The notes under the pieces: generated by a model
What the model saw: only the letters and a program-made list of their open reading frames with translations
Database searches by the model: none
Told to the model about the DNA's origin: nothing
Translations under genes and position numbers: made by a program
Source: a virus
Taxonomy: Duplodnaviria; Caudoviricetes
Strand: one strand, 5' to 3'
Length of the DNA stretch: 38,441 bases
Virus record (IMG/VR): IMGVR_UViG_3300036771_000023
Location: 1 to 38,441 of that record
In this document: positions 35,827 through 38,441 of the stretch, piece by piece
Position numbering within the stretch: the stretch's first letter is position 1
How the letters are laid out: each line of letters opens with the position of its first letter

Positions 35827-36732
35827 ATGAACGCCATCGCCCCGATCCAGCCCATGCCATTCGGCGAGATGCAGCAGTTGGCGCTGTCCATCGCCAAGTC
35901 GAACCTGTTCGGCATGAAAACGCCGGATCAGGCACTGGTACTGATGTCGATCGCTCAGGCGGAGGGACGGCATCCGGCCCTAGCCGCTAGAGACTACGAT
36001 ATTATTCAGGGGCGACCATCCAAGAAGGCTGAGGCCATGCTGCGCGATTTCATCGAGGGCGGCGGCAAGGTCGAATGGCACGCCCTGACCGACGAGATCG
36101 CCGATGCGACATTCACGCATCCACAAGGCGGTAGCGTGCGCATCAGTTGGGACATGAAAAGAGCGGAGCGCGCCGGCCTTGGCAAGAAGGACAATTACAA
36201 AGCATATCCACGCCAGATGCTGCGCAGCAGGACGGTGAGCGAGGGTGTCCGCACGGTCTGGCCGATGGCCACCAGTGGGCTCTATGTGTCTGAGGAGGCA
36301 GCCGACATGCCGGCGCGCGAGCCGCCGCACAACGGCCCGACGCTCGAGCACGAGGCCGAGCCGCCGAAGCGGGAGACGCAGGAATCCGATGCCAGATCCG
36401 CTATCAACGCCGCGGTGCCGCTTAACCCCACGCCGCCGCCCACTGGCGACGCGACGCCAACGATGCCAGCCAACATGCCGGGATACCGCGATTTTCTGAA
36501 GTCGTTGGAGACCGCAATGCGAGGCTGTAGCAGCATTCAGGAGGTCGACCGCGTGATTGCGCAGCCGAAGACACAGTATGCGCTGGCGACCTATAAGGAC
36601 GATGGGGCAAACCAGCTTAAGGCAATCATCGCTGACGGCATTGCCGCGCACGCGCCGGTGGTGCACCCCGACGACGCCGAGGCCGACATCTGGGGCGACG
36701 CGCCGGTGACCGAGCCGGCGGGCGCGGGGTAG
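35827..36732 (+). CDS. RecT-like single-strand annealing recombinase
   Basis: LA..IAKS.LF...IIQGRPS...W...A..AGL..KDNY..YP..ML..R motifs; AGGAGA RBS. Confidence 0.75.
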   Translation: MNAIAPIQPMPFGEMQQLALSIAKSNLFGMKTPDQALVLMSIAQAEGRHPALAARDYDIIQGRPSKKAEAMLRDFIEGGGKVEWHALTDEIADATFTHPQGGSVRISWDMKRAERAGLGKKDNYKAYPRQMLRSRTVSEGVRTVWPMATSGLYVSEEAADMPAREPPHNGPTLEHEAEPPKRETQESDARSAINAAVPLNPTPPPTGDATPTMPANMPGYRDFLKSLETAMRGCSSIQEVDRVIAQPKTQYALATYKDDGANQLKAIIADGIAAHAPVVHPDDAEADIWGDAPVTEPAGAG

Positions 36733-36740
36733 GGGTAGCG

Positions 36741-36989
36741 ATGACCAGCGATGATGTCGATCTCACCCGGCAACTGTACGAAGCCATCCGCCCGCTGCTT
36801 GCCGGTCATCCGCCACAAGTTCAGGGCGCGGTGCTGGCCGATCTGCTGGCGACCTGGCTGGCCGGGCACTACGCCGACAGCGACGCCGACACCGACCGCC
36901 TGCGCGAGACGATCTTCGCGAAGCATAGCGAGATAGTGTGGGAGCTGGTCCCGGTGAACGATGCCATCATTCACGGGACGCGCCGGTGA
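36741..36989 (+). CDS. Hypothetical protein
   Basis: IRPLLAGHPPQVQGAVLADLLATWLAGH; stop lies in repeat 2. Confidence 0.65.
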   Translation: MTSDDVDLTRQLYEAIRPLLAGHPPQVQGAVLADLLATWLAGHYADSDADTDRLRETIFAKHSEIVWELVPVNDAIIHGTRR

Positions 36990-37024
36990 GCGAGCCGGCG
37001 GGCGCGGGGTAGGAGGACACCCTG

Positions 37025-37423
37025 ATGATGAACGAACGGCCGATCGAAGACCCGCGGTTGCAGAAGGCGCTGGATGAGGTGAATCAGATCATGGCCCGCT
37101 ACGGCCTTGCCGGCGCCTGCATGCTGGTGGCGCCGGAGGAAGCTGCGTTCACCTACGGCATGCACGCGCCTTGGTCCGCCATACAACCCGACGCCACGAC
37201 GCCGCTCGGGTTCCGCTTCCGCGCTCAGTCGAAGGTGGACGGCAAAGCGGAGACGGAGCGCCGGGTCGAAGGCGCGATGCACACGATCTGCCAGCTCAGC
37301 GATTTCGGCGAGCAGACCACGATGTGGATGGAGGATCTCAAGCTGATGCTGCGCCGGGCCGGCATCGAGTTCGAACACACGCCGTTCGGCGGGAACCAAC
37401 TGCCACACCTGGGCAAGATGTGA
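37025..37423 (+). CDS. Hypothetical protein
   Basis: AGGAGG RBS at the end of repeat 2; GC-biased codons. Confidence 0.7.
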   Translation: MMNERPIEDPRLQKALDEVNQIMARYGLAGACMLVAPEEAAFTYGMHAPWSAIQPDATTPLGFRFRAQSKVDGKAETERRVEGAMHTICQLSDFGEQTTMWMEDLKLMLRRAGIEFEHTPFGGNQLPHLGKM

Positions 37424-37467
37424 GCCGGCCGTGACCGAGCGGCGGGGGCCGGGTAGGAGAGGATGAG

Positions 37468-37698
37468 ATGACCAGCGTTCCGCAGACCGTCCCGCCCGGC
37501 CGTGGCTGGCGCCACTGGGGCGACGTGCACCCATCGCCGTTGACCATGGTCGAGGCTTGGCGGCGCGAATGGCAGTCTGTGGAGGTGCTGCGCCTCGCAG
37601 ATATCCACCCGGCGACGAATGTCTGGGGCCTCTACTGGCGCCCACTGCAAGCCCCACGGCTAGAACCGGAAGTGCCCGAGCCGGCGAGCGCGGGGTGA
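37468..37698 (+). CDS. Trp-rich hypothetical protein
   Basis: AGGAGAGG RBS after repeat 3; ends in repeat 4. Confidence 0.6.
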   Translation: MTSVPQTVPPGRGWRHWGDVHPSPLTMVEAWRREWQSVEVLRLADIHPATNVWGLYWRPLQAPRLEPEVPEPASAG

Positions 37699-37844
37699 TG
37701 TCCGCAAAGCGCGATTATCGGACGGAAAACAAAGTGAGAACCAGGAATCGGACAGAGTGTCAGGTTTCGCTTACCACACCTTATGCAGTGCCGCCACATT
37801 CCCCGCAAAGCCGCAGAAAACCGTGGTTTCCGGCCCACACACAG

Positions 37845-37870
37845 AAAAGGGCGCCCCTCGCGAGGCGCCC
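37845..37870 (-). terminator. Rho-independent terminator for minus-strand genes
   Basis: GGGCGCC stem with loop followed by TTTT on the minus strand, where the two transcription directions converge. Confidence 0.65.
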
Positions 37871-37925
37871 AGTCTGGTGTCGGAAGGAAACGTACGCACG
37901 TCCCGGCGCTGACGAGGCGCCGACC

Positions 37926-38096
37926 TCAATCCGCGGCGGTCTGCGGCGGCGGGATGATGTAGCAGCTCGGCGCCGGCATCCTCTTGGCCAGTTGCTGCCG
38001 GCCAAACGCCCGCATCGACACGACGCCGCAACTGGCGGCCTGGATTTCACATCCGGTCATCGCGAGCAGCAGCAGCCACCCCACCACGCCACGCAC
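37926..38096 (-). CDS. Small putative lipoprotein
   Basis: GTG start; MRGVVGWLLLLAMTGC lipobox-like signal. Confidence 0.4.
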   Translation of the reverse strand: MRGVVGWLLLLAMTGCEIQAASCGVVSMRAFGRQQLAKRMPAPSCYIIPPPQTAAD

Positions 38097-38101
38097 CAGG
38101 G

Positions 38102-38440
38102 CTACAGCGGCCGCCCGAGGCGCGACAGCGGCAGGCAGTAGGGGTTGCTCATCGCCGCCCGCGTGTTCTGCTGCTGGCATAAAGACCATCCGGGCCCGGT
38201 GGTCTTGCCCGACCACGCCATGAAATAGATGCACTTCGGGAAGCTGGTCTTCCACGACTCGATCAGCCCGTTGAGGTCAATGCTACCGCCCTGACTCGGA
38301 TTATTAGAACCCCACTCAGCCGCGCACCAAGGCAAGTCAGGGTGTGCCGCGGTCTCGGAGTTGTAGTAGCCCAGATAGTCCTCGATGTGGTTGCTGTAGC
38401 AGTCCTCACCGTGGATATCGACCAGCCCGGCAGGGAATGA
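38102..38440 (-). CDS. C-terminal part of a GH26 (beta-mannanase-like) glycoside hydrolase, partial
   Basis: Frame open to the edge: FPAGLVDIHGEDCY...PWCAAEWG...FPKCIYFMAW..W, matching the GH26 pattern YPG..YVDIVG.D.Y...KP....E.G...YP...YF.AW. Confidence 0.6.
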   Translation of the reverse strand, partial: SFPAGLVDIHGEDCYSNHIEDYLGYYNSETAAHPDLPWCAAEWGSNNPSQGGSIDLNGLIESWKTSFPKCIYFMAWSGKTTGPGWSLCQQQNTRAAMSNPYCLPLSRLGRPL

Positions 38441-38441
38441 C

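Larger units (their letters stand above)
36697..37698 (+). repeat. Four direct repeats delimiting three small genes
   Basis: 36697-36733 and 36977-37013 (36/37 identical), 37431-37457, 37672-37698; core GTGACCGAGCCGGCGGGCGCGGGGT. Confidence 0.85.

Noticed and set aside
36697-37698. Possible CRISPR array or integron attC sites
   Set aside because: Spacers are 200-420 nt complete ORFs, repeats are degenerate and non-palindromic, and no cas or intI gene is present
37557-38141. Plus-strand 194-aa ORF after the cassette array
   Set aside because: Crosses the terminator and the convergent gene, with atypical composition; a short MSAKRD start is possible but unsupported
1-38441. tRNA genes, holin/endolysin, alternative genetic code
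   Set aside because: No tRNA or lysis motifs recognised; all core genes read through with the standard code and use all three stops

Overview
The window is most of a GC-rich, temperate-type tailed phage (or prophage) genome with podovirus-like (P22/SU10-like) architecture. The host is probably an alphaproteobacterium (GcrA-like and DUF3309-like genes). The minus strand carries, in transcription order: cro, GcrA-like, VRR-NUC, primase-associated protein and AAA_25 helicase, putative origin, terS, terL, small membrane/secreted proteins, an ADP-ribosyltransferase-like protein, portal, scaffold, major capsid, adaptor, three fibre proteins, nozzle and ejection proteins (one with an Rpf-like transglycosylase domain). 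The plus strand carries a CI-like repressor and an early operon (Gp157-like, RecT-like, small ORFs). Three free-standing HNH endonuclease genes are inserted, and a partial GH26-like glycoside hydrolase enters from the right edge. No integrase, holin/endolysin, tRNA or CRISPR array was recognised. The most unusual signals are: (1) short, sharply bounded AT-rich codon patches inside essential GC-rich genes, near every HNH gene and also at conserved motifs elsewhere, suggesting nuclease-escape recoding; (2) an array of small genes delimited by four copies of a repeat matching the 3' end of the recombinase gene; (3) a stand-alone ART and signal-peptide proteins inside the head module. All family calls come from motif recognition and synteny by eye; no searches were run.
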